Shown: positions 1 through 7,650 of the stretch, piece by piece
Numbering within the stretch: the stretch's first letter is position 1
Layout: every line of letters begins with the position of its first letter
DNA from: an uncultured Planctomycetales bacterium
Lineage (GTDB): Bacteria; Omnitrophota; Gorgyraeia; Zapsychrales; CAZBRU01
DNA length: 53,178 bases
Direction: 5' to 3'
NCBI GenBank assembly: GCA_964515035.1
Contig: CAZEUO010000001.1
Location: forward strand, 24,464-77,641
Translations under genes and position numbers: made by a program
The notes under the pieces: generated by a model
What the model saw: only the letters and a program-made list of their open reading frames with translations
Told to the model about the DNA's origin: nothing
Databases searched by the model: none

Positions 1-153
1 GAAAGAACTATCAAAAGAGAAACCGGACACGAGTTAAAATTGCACCAGGATAAGATGAAGATTTATAAATTAAAATCTGTCGATGAGATGTTGGTGCAGT
101 TCGCGCAAATCTTACCGGGAACACAGGATAATCGCATTGCCGTTATGCGTTAA
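1..153 (+). CDS. 3' end of an upstream gene (partial, unknown product)
   Basis: Frame 1 is open from the window edge to TAA at 151-153 (50 codons, ends ...ILPGTQDNRIAVMR). No recognisable motif. Confidence 0.3.
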   Translation, partial: ERTIKRETGHELKLHQDKMKIYKLKSVDEMLVQFAQILPGTQDNRIAVMR

Positions 154-166
154 AAGGAGAAACTAA

Positions 167-436
167 ATGACGACAGAAACCTTATTATTAATAATACTGG
201 TCGTTTTTCTTGCCGGAATTTTACCCGCTTGGCCTTACAGCAAGTCGTGGGGATATGCGCCTACGGGGGTTTTGACACTTTGCATAGTCATCTTCCTTAT
301 TTGGGCTATTGCCGGAGACCGGCCAATTTTTCAAAGCTCCGGACAGAGCGTTCAAACAACGCTTCAAGACGCGGGGCAAGAAATTAAATCGGCAGGCCGT
401 AATGTGGCGGATTCCATCAGAGATGCCGTCAATTGA
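167..436 (+). CDS. DUF3309-like small membrane protein with extra C-terminal tail
   Basis: AGGAG RBS upstream. The N-terminal half (LLLIILVVFLAGILPAWPYSKSWGYAPTGVL) matches the DUF3309 signature (P-x-WP-x-S-x-xWGY) flanked by two TM helices. Confidence 0.7.
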   Translation: MTTETLLLIILVVFLAGILPAWPYSKSWGYAPTGVLTLCIVIFLIWAIAGDRPIFQSSGQSVQTTLQDAGQEIKSAGRNVADSIRDAVN

Positions 437-460
437 TAAATCTCCAGTGAGGAGAAAGAC

Positions 461-745
461 ATGAAAAAAGTAATGACAGTTATTGTGTGCTCTTTATTGC
501 TTTCTAGTCCTGTATTAAGTTTTGCTGAAAGGGAAGCTGAACCTTACCTTAGCTTATCGGCGTATCAGCGTGCCGATTTTAACGCAAAATTTATACGCGA
601 TGGGGAGGTGTTCAAGAACCGAAAAAACAAAGCTATCAGAGCAAGCGAAGCCAGAAGGCTGGCTAAAAAGGAGGAGACGGAAGAAATAAAGAAGGAGGAA
701 GTGGCTCAGGACAATGGTATGGGGCAATTTAAACTAAAGTTCTAA
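461..745 (+). CDS. Secreted hypothetical protein, Lys/Glu-rich
   Basis: GGAG RBS, signal peptide MKKVMTVIVCSLLLSSPVLSFA, charged C-terminus. No family recognised. Confidence 0.5.
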   Translation: MKKVMTVIVCSLLLSSPVLSFAEREAEPYLSLSAYQRADFNAKFIRDGEVFKNRKNKAIRASEARRLAKKEETEEIKKEEVAQDNGMGQFKLKF

Positions 746-764
746 AACGAAAGGAACATTTTCC

Positions 765-1424
765 ATGAAAATAGATTACTTGAAAGTGATTGTCGCGGTT
801 ACGGCAGTCGTATTATTTACCGATATTTCGGCTAGCGCTTCTGAGGTCGCGGATGTGCGCCACGTGTCAGGAGAAATTACCTGGATTGATCTTAAACTCG
901 GCAAGCTGGAACTCGAAAACGATATATCCCCAGGTATGGGAGAAATAACAGAGTATAGAATTAATCAAAATGAAACCCGGGTCAATGATCCTGCGGATAA
1001 AAAATTTCTCACCATCGCAGATTTACATCCAGGCCAACATGTCACAATTGACGTTATCAATGGTAAAGAAGAAATGATCGTCCAAAAAATCACGGCTGAC
1101 CTTAGACCGACGTCTGATTTCCAAGAAGCCTATGGCGAGATTGAGGCTATCGATGCCCCGGCGGGAACGCTTTCCTTATCAGAAAGGCCAGGAATCGGCG
1201 AAGTGGGAGAGAGTCATCTATCCCATTTTGTTTTTGAACCCAAAAACCTCATTGCCATGAGAAGCCCAAGCAAGGAATCCGTTCAATTGAACTTAAAACC
1301 GGGTGATTTGGTGAAGGTTGAATTCACGGTGAGAGACGGAAAACGGCAGGCTCAGTACATTACATTGTATTCACCGAGAGTAACAAGGACAACGACAACA
1401 ACAACCACAACCGTTATACAATAA
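765..1424 (+). CDS. Secreted protein with two internal beta-rich repeats (DUF5666-like) and a poly-Thr C-terminus
   Basis: Signal peptide. Two similar halves: GEITWIDLKLGKLELEN...LHPGQHVTIDV and GEIEAIDAPAGTLSLSE...LKPGDLVKVEF. C-terminal TRTTTTTTTTVIQ. Confidence 0.55.
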   Translation: MKIDYLKVIVAVTAVVLFTDISASASEVADVRHVSGEITWIDLKLGKLELENDISPGMGEITEYRINQNETRVNDPADKKFLTIADLHPGQHVTIDVINGKEEMIVQKITADLRPTSDFQEAYGEIEAIDAPAGTLSLSERPGIGEVGESHLSHFVFEPKNLIAMRSPSKESVQLNLKPGDLVKVEFTVRDGKRQAQYITLYSPRVTRTTTTTTTTVIQ

Positions 1425-1438
1425 AGGGGGATAGAAAA

Positions 1439-1558
1439 ATGGCAAAGATCAGTCGAGGGGGAAGAATGACAGCAGCAAAACGACGGGCTTCCAAAGCACC
1501 GGGTGGGCGCGGAAAAATAAAGAATCGTCTCGCCGGCCGAAAAATTATGTCTACTTAG
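1439..1558 (+). CDS. Small highly basic peptide (39 aa), hypothetical
   Basis: AGGGGGA Shine-Dalgarno 7-8 nt upstream of the ATG. Sequence MAKISRGGRMTAAKRRASKAPGGRGKIKNRLAGRKIMST. Below the ORF-track length cutoff. Confidence 0.35.
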   Translation: MAKISRGGRMTAAKRRASKAPGGRGKIKNRLAGRKIMST

Positions 1559-1564
1559 ATTTGA

Positions 1565-1609
1565 CGTAACCTCCTCCGTCTGACGGTAGGGGACGGAGGA
1601 GTCGTTACG
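1565..1609 (+). terminator. Stem-loop between two small ORFs (terminator or regulatory hairpin)
   Basis: cgtaac-ctcctccgtc (1565-1580) pairs with gacggaggag-(tc)-gttacg (1592-1609) around an 11-nt loop. No T-tract follows. Confidence 0.35.
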
Positions 1610-1639
1610 GCCTAGGGGGGCATTGAGAGAGGTGCAGAA

Positions 1640-1762
1640 ATGAAAATGCTCGTACTGTTGGTGTTGGTCGCTATGGTTGTCGTTGTCGGATGCGAAAAGA
1701 AAGAAAATTCCGTGACCTTCAAAGGACCGTCAGGAGAAACAACGTCAGTAACGGTAAAATAA
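1640..1762 (+). CDS. Small lipoprotein (40 aa)
   Basis: MKMLVLLVLVAMVVVVGC has a signal peptide plus a lipobox-like VVGC. GAGAGG lies upstream. Confidence 0.45.
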   Translation: MKMLVLLVLVAMVVVVGCEKKENSVTFKGPSGETTSVTVK

Positions 1763-1780
1763 TATGCAAGGGTATTAGCT

Positions 1781-1987
1781 ATGAAAAACAGAAAAAAACG
1801 AAATCAAGCGGGAAAAAAGAACGGCAATTTATTTGCGATTACGGAAAATAATTTTGGAACGCAATCGATTGATCAAGAAACGGATTGCTGGAACACGTTG
1901 TGGCAGCAAATAAAGGCTGAAGGTTCACGAATTATTAAATTAATGAGTAGGCCGAGGCAGTTTGTGAGGACAAAGGAGGGTGTATGA
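1781..1987 (+). CDS. Hypothetical protein (68 aa)
   Basis: ORF only. Basic N-terminus, no motif recognised. Confidence 0.3.
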   Translation: MKNRKKRNQAGKKNGNLFAITENNFGTQSIDQETDCWNTLWQQIKAEGSRIIKLMSRPRQFVRTKEGV

Positions 1988-2148
1988 GCGGAATATTAGG
2001 TCTCATTATCTTGGTATTGGATATAATTGCCATCCTTGATGTTCTTAAAACATCGATGGATACAGGTAAAAAAATATTGTGGATTGTTCTAATTCTTCTT
2101 TTACCCGTTGTCGGTATGATACTTTATTTTTTAATTGGCAAGAAATAA
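1984..2148 (+). CDS. PLD-nuclease-N-terminal-domain-like (PLDc_N) small membrane protein
   Basis: 54 aa: MSGILGLIILVLDIIAILDVLKTSMDTGKKILWIVLILLLPVVGMILYFLIGKK. Typical two-TM PLDc_N layout (ildiiAilDvl...K.lW..vIlllP.vG.ilYfl.G). ATGA-type overlap with the preceding ORF. Confidence 0.6.
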   Translation: MSGILGLIILVLDIIAILDVLKTSMDTGKKILWIVLILLLPVVGMILYFLIGKK

Positions 2149-3472
2149 CGAGTCGTCAATCATCACAAAAAAAGAAACGACATCACAGGAATTTATATTC
2201 CCAAAACATTTTTTGTGGGGCGCCGCCACATCTTCTCATCAAGTTGAGGGAAACAATACCCATAACGATTGGTGGGAGTGGGAACAAACCCGGCCTCCCC
2301 AGGCACGTTCCGGCTTAGCTTGTGATCAGTGGAATCGTTTTGAAGATGATTTTAAGCTCGCCCAAACTTTAGGTCATAACGCCCACCGCTTCTCCATTGA
2401 ATGGAGCCGCATCGAGCTTCAAGAGGGCCAATTCGACAGCGTCGCTCTTGATCATTATGCGACAGTAATCCGCTCACTGAAATCAAAAGGCATGGAGCCG
2501 ATTATTACGCTGCATCATTTTACGCTTCCTTTATGGGTGGCGCGCCAAGGTGGGTGGGCTTCAGCGAAGACGCCGGAACTATTCGCACGATACGCCCAGA
2601 AAGTGACGGAGGCTTTAGGCGGCGATGTCCGTTATTGGATGACGTTAAATGAGCCTGTTGTGTACACGTATAAAAGTTATACGACCGGGGAATGGCCGCC
2701 GGGGATAAAATCCGATACAGAACCGTTTAAAGTTTTTGAAAATTTGCTACTTGGGCATGTTCTGGCGTACGAAAGAATTAAAGAGACCTACGCCCAAAAC
2801 CATTGGAAGGAACCTCGGGTTGGAATTGCCCAAAACGTGCTGATATTTAAAGCTTATTCGGATTTTTCGTTGTTGGATTGTATCGCGATGCGTTTGAGGC
2901 ATTGGATGTTTAATCATTTATTTGTGCAAGCCTTGGTTCGGGGAAAGGCCCGTTGTATCGGCCTTTTCAACATTCACTTGCCCAAAGCCAATACCTTGGA
3001 TTTTATTGGCCTAAACTACTACACGAGAGATTTTGTTCGTCACCACGGTTTTGGATTTCCTGGAATTTTAGGGCAGGTGTGCGCGGCATCTGTCAAACAA
3101 AACCAGCGTATGGGAAAAGACAATGTTCTTTCCTGGGAAATTTATCCGAAAGGGTTGCGCACATTCTTAAAAGATTTTTCGAGGTATCAACTGCCCCTGT
3201 TAGTTTCCGAAAACGGAATAGCTACGAACGATGATGCTGAACGGTCGGAGTTTATTGTTGAGCACCTTAAAGCCATGGCTCAAGCAATCAAGAAGGGAGC
3301 GCCTGTGATCGGTTATCTTTATTGGTCACTATTGGATAATTATGAATGGGCCGATGGGTTTGTCCCGCGATTTGGGCTAATTGAGGTGAATTACTCGACG
3401 CAAAAACGAACGGTTCGCGAATCGGCAAGAAAGTTTGAAGAAATCATTCGCTCCGGAAAACTGCGCTTTTAA
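2135..3472 (+). CDS. Glycoside hydrolase family 1 beta-glucosidase
   Basis: GH1 signatures FPKHFLWGAATSSHQVEG, acid/base WMTLNEP and nucleophile VSENGIA. TTG start at 2135, so the start is uncertain. Confidence 0.9.
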   Translation: MARNNESSIITKKETTSQEFIFPKHFLWGAATSSHQVEGNNTHNDWWEWEQTRPPQARSGLACDQWNRFEDDFKLAQTLGHNAHRFSIEWSRIELQEGQFDSVALDHYATVIRSLKSKGMEPIITLHHFTLPLWVARQGGWASAKTPELFARYAQKVTEALGGDVRYWMTLNEPVVYTYKSYTTGEWPPGIKSDTEPFKVFENLLLGHVLAYERIKETYAQNHWKEPRVGIAQNVLIFKAYSDFSLLDCIAMRLRHWMFNHLFVQALVRGKARCIGLFNIHLPKANTLDFIGLNYYTRDFVRHHGFGFPGILGQVCAASVKQNQRMGKDNVLSWEIYPKGLRTFLKDFSRYQLPLLVSENGIATNDDAERSEFIVEHLKAMAQAIKKGAPVIGYLYWSLLDNYEWADGFVPRFGLIEVNYSTQKRTVRESARKFEEIIRSGKLRF

Positions 3473-3481
3473 AAAGCAAAT

Positions 3482-6175
3482 ATGAATACAAGAAAAGAAA
3501 TGATCCGATTTTTTATTGCGGGGACTTTTATCGGCGCAACGGATTTCGGTATTTATTATTTTTTAATCAATTTTCTACCTTTCAGTTTCTCGAAAGGGAT
3601 CTCTTTTACCTGCGCGAGTATTGTTGCGTATTTATTTAATAAATTCTGGATATTTCAATACAACCAGCCTTCATCGTATGCTGAAGTGGGCCGCTATGGG
3701 GTCGTCAATGTTTTGGCATTAGGAATAAATATTTTGGTAAATCAAGGCATTCTCGGCGTTTGGCCAGGAGCTATTTTCCCCGCTTTACTCACGGCTTCGA
3801 TGGTAACGGGTATATTAACTTTTTTACTCTGCAAATGGTGGGTATTTCGAGCTCTGTTAAAGGAAAAAATTTGTTTTATGTGGTGGAGGTGGTTTCCGTG
3901 GAGATTTTTAGTCAGCGATGCGGCGCGCCGGCAAGGGTTTTTAGATCCTATCAAAGTTCTCTCTCAATTACAGAATTTTGCGCAACCTTCAGAGGTTTCA
4001 GCTCCAACCGAACTGTTGCGTTCAGGTGTTGTCTTACATGCGCGGGGATTAATGAACAGCCTGGCTATCCAACATAATCTGGATTGGATCTGGCCGTATT
4101 GGGTGGAATGCCAATATGACCCCCACAACGTTGCCTTTATCCCGCGGTCTTTTTCGTTAACCCAAATTAATCTGACCCATAGAAATTGGACGGCTTTGGG
4201 TGTTCCCGATGGCGCCGAATTTCCCCTTGTTGATCCTCGTGGCCTAGTGACTCCTTTTTACGACGGTTGGTCTATTGATGCCTGGATTATGCCAATCGAG
4301 GGAGAAGCACTTATCCCGTCGCAGTGTCCCAACGTATCACAAAAATTGGTCCTCAATGGCAATCTGTGTGTAATAACCGAATCAAGCCTTAACCAATTAA
4401 CACTTCGATTAAATGCACGAGTTATCGGTTCTGCCGAATCGCCTCGTTGCCAAATAAAAATCACAGGATCCACCAGCGTCAAGGCGCGGTTAGTTGTTTC
4501 TTTGAGGCCCTATAACCCCGAGGGGGTAAGTTTTATCAATAACATATCTCTTCTTGATAATTCGTTGGGCTGGCAAGTTAACAAAGAAAAATTTGTCAAC
4601 TTTGACAAACCTCCGGACCAATGGGCGTTTTCAAATTACCAACAAGGCGATGTTTATAATCGTTTGGAATCGAATGAAAGTGGAAAAGAAATTTCCTGCA
4701 AGGTCGGCATGGCAAGCGCAGCAGCGATATACCGATTGGAAACGGGAGAATCAAAAGAAATTATAATTACGGTGCCCCTAACAAAAAACAAAATTGAAAA
4801 AGAAATAAATGACGACGATCAGGAAACGGCTTACAAAGCGTGGAAAAAAGGCCTTCAAGGTGCGTGTTCATTGCAAATTCCCGATAAGCATTTTCAATTT
4901 CTTTATGAAGCGGCTATCCACACCATGGTTTTGCATTCTCCCAAGGAGGTTTATCCCGGGCCATATATTTACCGACGTTTTTGGTTTCGCGATGCCGCTT
5001 GTATATTAAATGCCTTGCTATGTGTCGGGTTAAAAGACCGCGTCCGACGGGCTTTGAATTGTTTTCGCGCTCGCCAAACAGCCCAAGGTTATTTTCTTTC
5101 CCAAGAAGGGGAATGGGATTCTAACGGCGAGGCCCTGTGGATTATGCGCCAGTATTGTGAAATGACGGGAAATGTTCCGCCGAAAGAATGGAAAGAATCC
5201 ATCCAAAAGGCGGGCCAGTGGATTTGTAAAAAACGCCTGCCGAACCATTCACAATCTTCCCATGCCGGATTGTTACCTCCGGGATTTAGCGCCGAACATT
5301 TAGGTCCGAATGATTATTATTATTGGGATAATTTTTGGGCTGTTGCGGGATTAAAGGCAGCGGCTTTCTTGTGCAAAACTTACGAAGATCATGACGGGGC
5401 TGTTAATTTTGAAAAAAAATCACACGGGTTGCTGGGGAGCATCAATCAAAGTTTAAAAAAAGCGGAGGAGCGTTTAAAAAAGGTTGCGATACCAGCCTCT
5501 CCTTATCGGCGCTTGGATACGGGCGCCATCGGATCTTTGGCTGCGAGCTACCCGCTGCGTGTTTTTGAACATGATGATCCAAGGGTTTTAGATACGGTTG
5601 ATTTTTTGATGAAAAATTGTTTAGTCCATGGCGGATTTTTTCACGACATGACCCATTCAGGGATCAATCCGTATTTGACGTTACATTTGGCAGAAGTTCT
5701 TTTACGCGCGGGGGATCCCCGGTATTTTGATTTGATGACAGCGGTAGCGAAGTTAGCGTCACCGACGGGGCAATGGCCTGAATCGATCCATCCGCGGACC
5801 GCAGGCGGATGTATGGGAGACGGACAACATGTCTGGGCTGCGGCGGAATGGGTCCTCATGATCAGAAATTGTTTTGTTCGAGAAGAGAATGACCGGTTGA
5901 TTTTATGTTCCGGAATTCCTCGGGCCTGGCTTGAAGAACAACAAATGATGTCCTTCGGTCCCGCGCCAACACGATTTGGGGATATTCAAATTTCTATAAA
6001 ACCCAAAGGGGAAAGCATCCTTATTGATTGGCGTGGGCAATGGTTTACGAAAGAACCGCTCATTGACATTCAATTGCCAGGCTTTAGAAGTGTGCGAATT
6101 TTGCCCGGAACAAATTCTTTTGAACTTACTGAACGGCTTGAATTGAATGAAACTCATCTTGAGGCGGCAAAATGA
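3482..6175 (+). CDS. GtrA-like membrane module fused to an (alpha/alpha)6-barrel glycosidase-like domain
   Basis: Residues ~1-125 form a 4-TM GtrA-like module (FIAGTFIGATDFGIYYFL, NKFWIFQ, CKWWVFR). The C-terminal ~420 aa carry GH15/debranching-type motifs (RRFWFRDAACILNAL, QEGEWDSNGEALWIM, YYYWDNFWAVAGL). The middle ~300 aa are unassigned. Confidence 0.7.
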   Translation: MNTRKEMIRFFIAGTFIGATDFGIYYFLINFLPFSFSKGISFTCASIVAYLFNKFWIFQYNQPSSYAEVGRYGVVNVLALGINILVNQGILGVWPGAIFPALLTASMVTGILTFLLCKWWVFRALLKEKICFMWWRWFPWRFLVSDAARRQGFLDPIKVLSQLQNFAQPSEVSAPTELLRSGVVLHARGLMNSLAIQHNLDWIWPYWVECQYDPHNVAFIPRSFSLTQINLTHRNWTALGVPDGAEFPLVDPRGLVTPFYDGWSIDAWIMPIEGEALIPSQCPNVSQKLVLNGNLCVITESSLNQLTLRLNARVIGSAESPRCQIKITGSTSVKARLVVSLRPYNPEGVSFINNISLLDNSLGWQVNKEKFVNFDKPPDQWAFSNYQQGDVYNRLESNESGKEISCKVGMASAAAIYRLETGESKEIIITVPLTKNKIEKEINDDDQETAYKAWKKGLQGACSLQIPDKHFQFLYEAAIHTMVLHSPKEVYPGPYIYRRFWFRDAACILNALLCVGLKDRVRRALNCFRARQTAQGYFLSQEGEWDSNGEALWIMRQYCEMTGNVPPKEWKESIQKAGQWICKKRLPNHSQSSHAGLLPPGFSAEHLGPNDYYYWDNFWAVAGLKAAAFLCKTYEDHDGAVNFEKKSHGLLGSINQSLKKAEERLKKVAIPASPYRRLDTGAIGSLAASYPLRVFEHDDPRVLDTVDFLMKNCLVHGGFFHDMTHSGINPYLTLHLAEVLLRAGDPRYFDLMTAVAKLASPTGQWPESIHPRTAGGCMGDGQHVWAAAEWVLMIRNCFVREENDRLILCSGIPRAWLEEQQMMSFGPAPTRFGDIQISIKPKGESILIDWRGQWFTKEPLIDIQLPGFRSVRILPGTNSFELTERLELNETHLEAAK

Positions 6176-7650
6176 CAGAAACTATAACACCTCGGTTTGA
6201 CGATTTTATTGTTATGAATCCGGAAGTAAGAATTTATCCGGAAGAGATTGAAGGAATCTATACAAAGATTGCTCCGGTTAAAGCGATGTGTGTTTTTACG
6301 GTCTCCGGAATGCACGGCGTTAAGAAATCAAAAGTTCTTTGGGCTGTTATCCAGCCAAATCTTGATGATTTCCGGGAATTCAACGAAGTAAATTTGCGCG
6401 GCGTCCTTCAGGAGAGGTTTGATAACGCCTCGCAGGCGCTCCCTTTTTATAAAAGACTCAAAGGTTTCACGATTTCTCTCGAGGATCTGCCGCACACCGC
6501 GTCAGGTCAGTTACAAAGAGAGGAAATAAAGAAAATTTATGAACCTCGAGTGATCGCAGGAAAAGAAGGGGCTCTTCCGGTATCAGGAAAGCTTTCGGCA
6601 GAGGATCTCCGGTTGATCGAATCTGAGATCGGTAAAAAAGTTTTGGAGTCCCTCAAGGAACAAAGCGGAATGATGAGATCCATCATCCTTGAAGATTCTT
6701 TAGAGCTGGACCTTGGTATCGATTCATTAGGCAGGATAGAGCTTTTGTCGTGCCTTAAGCTGGCTTTCGGCGCTGATATCAAAGATGAGGCTCTTTCGAA
6801 AGCTTTTAGTGTCAAAGATCTTATACTGGGGATAACGGACGCGTTAATAGTCGCTAAAGATATTCCTCAGGAAGATCAGGGGGCATCTTTAGGGCCGGAC
6901 TACTGGAAAGAACATTTAGATATCCCACCCAAAAAAGAAAACCTGGAAATGCTCGAATTGAGTACCGGTTACTTCGCTTGGTTATTTCGATTCACGATAA
7001 CGGCTGTCGATTGTTTGATTTTTAAATTATTTTTCAATATCAAGTCAGAGGGAGAAAAGAATGTGCCCAAAGACGGCGCTTATATTTTATATGGAAACCA
7101 CACGAGTTTTCTCGATGGGCCGGCCATTGGCGCTTGCCTGCCGCGCCGGCCCGTATTTCAGCTTTTTTATTTTGTCTTTGGGCCTTATTTCTTTCAGCCA
7201 TTTACAAAATCACGCGTTCTAAGAAATCTGGTCAAGATGGGAAGATTTATTCCCTTTGATTTCTCAACGCATTTTCTGGAGGCGTTGCGTGGCTGTTATT
7301 TTGTATTGCAGAATGGCAAAGGCTTATGTTTTTTTCCGGAAGGGTTGCGTAGCAGTACCGGCGAAATTGGAGAATTTAAAAAAGGTTTTGGTGTCTTGGC
7401 TAAGGAGACGGGAGCAATGCTCGTGCCTGTGTTTATCGAGGGAGCTTATCAGGCTTGGCCCAGTACGGCAAAGTACCCCAAATGCTATCCGATTAAAGTG
7501 AAATTCGGTAAGCCGCTTTTGCCCGACGATTTAGAAAAAGAAGGGTTGGCGATGGGTGCGACAAATGGTTACGATGCGATATGTGTTGCGGCCAGAAAAG
7601 CGCTCGTGGAATTGAAAGCCTGCCTGCCGGCAGGCAGGGAGAAAGCATGA
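6172..7650 (+). CDS. AMP-binding C-terminal subdomain / acyl-carrier (PP-binding) / PlsC-type acyltransferase fusion
   Basis: ATGA overlap with the upstream gene. N-term ~120 aa resemble only the small C-terminal subdomain of adenylating enzymes (YPEEIEGIY...WAVIQPN...LPHTASGQLQR). PP-binding site LGIDSLGRIEL. LPLAT motifs NHTSFLDG (HX4D) and FFPEGLRSSTGE. Confidence 0.75.
   Translation: MTETITPRFDDFIVMNPEVRIYPEEIEGIYTKIAPVKAMCVFTVSGMHGVKKSKVLWAVIQPNLDDFREFNEVNLRGVLQERFDNASQALPFYKRLKGFTISLEDLPHTASGQLQREEIKKIYEPRVIAGKEGALPVSGKLSAEDLRLIESEIGKKVLESLKEQSGMMRSIILEDSLELDLGIDSLGRIELLSCLKLAFGADIKDEALSKAFSVKDLILGITDALIVAKDIPQEDQGASLGPDYWKEHLDIPPKKENLEMLELSTGYFAWLFRFTITAVDCLIFKLFFNIKSEGEKNVPKDGAYILYGNHTSFLDGPAIGACLPRRPVFQLFYFVFGPYFFQPFTKSRVLRNLVKMGRFIPFDFSTHFLEALRGCYFVLQNGKGLCFFPEGLRSSTGEIGEFKKGFGVLAKETGAMLVPVFIEGAYQAWPSTAKYPKCYPIKVKFGKPLLPDDLEKEGLAMGATNGYDAICVAARKALVELKACLPAGREKA

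Noticed and set aside
1381-1424. Poly-Thr tract (TRTTTTTTTT) as a slipped-strand phase-variation site.
   Set aside because: At the DNA level the tract uses mixed ACA/ACG/ACC codons (aca acg aca aca aca acc aca acc). It has no long homopolymer or perfect microsatellite, so slippage is unlikely.
2079-2318. 79-aa ORF overlapping the PLDc_N gene and the GH1 start; likewise 12277..12507 overlapping the DUF45 gene.
   Set aside because: These are alternative-frame ORFs inside or across better-supported genes, with no RBS or motif.
7581-7646. Longest-ORF starts from the track: 7581 (GT4), 43035 (RR), 23385 (lipoprotein), 23791 (mlaF), 19013 (def), 18727 (panD), 33899 (acetyltransferase) and 52389 (DUF3106).
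   Set aside because: In each case an internal ATG/GTG gives the canonical family N-terminus or a signal peptide, sits behind an RBS or forms an ATGA/1-nt junction with the upstream stop. The N-terminal extensions overlap the previous gene and look non-coding.
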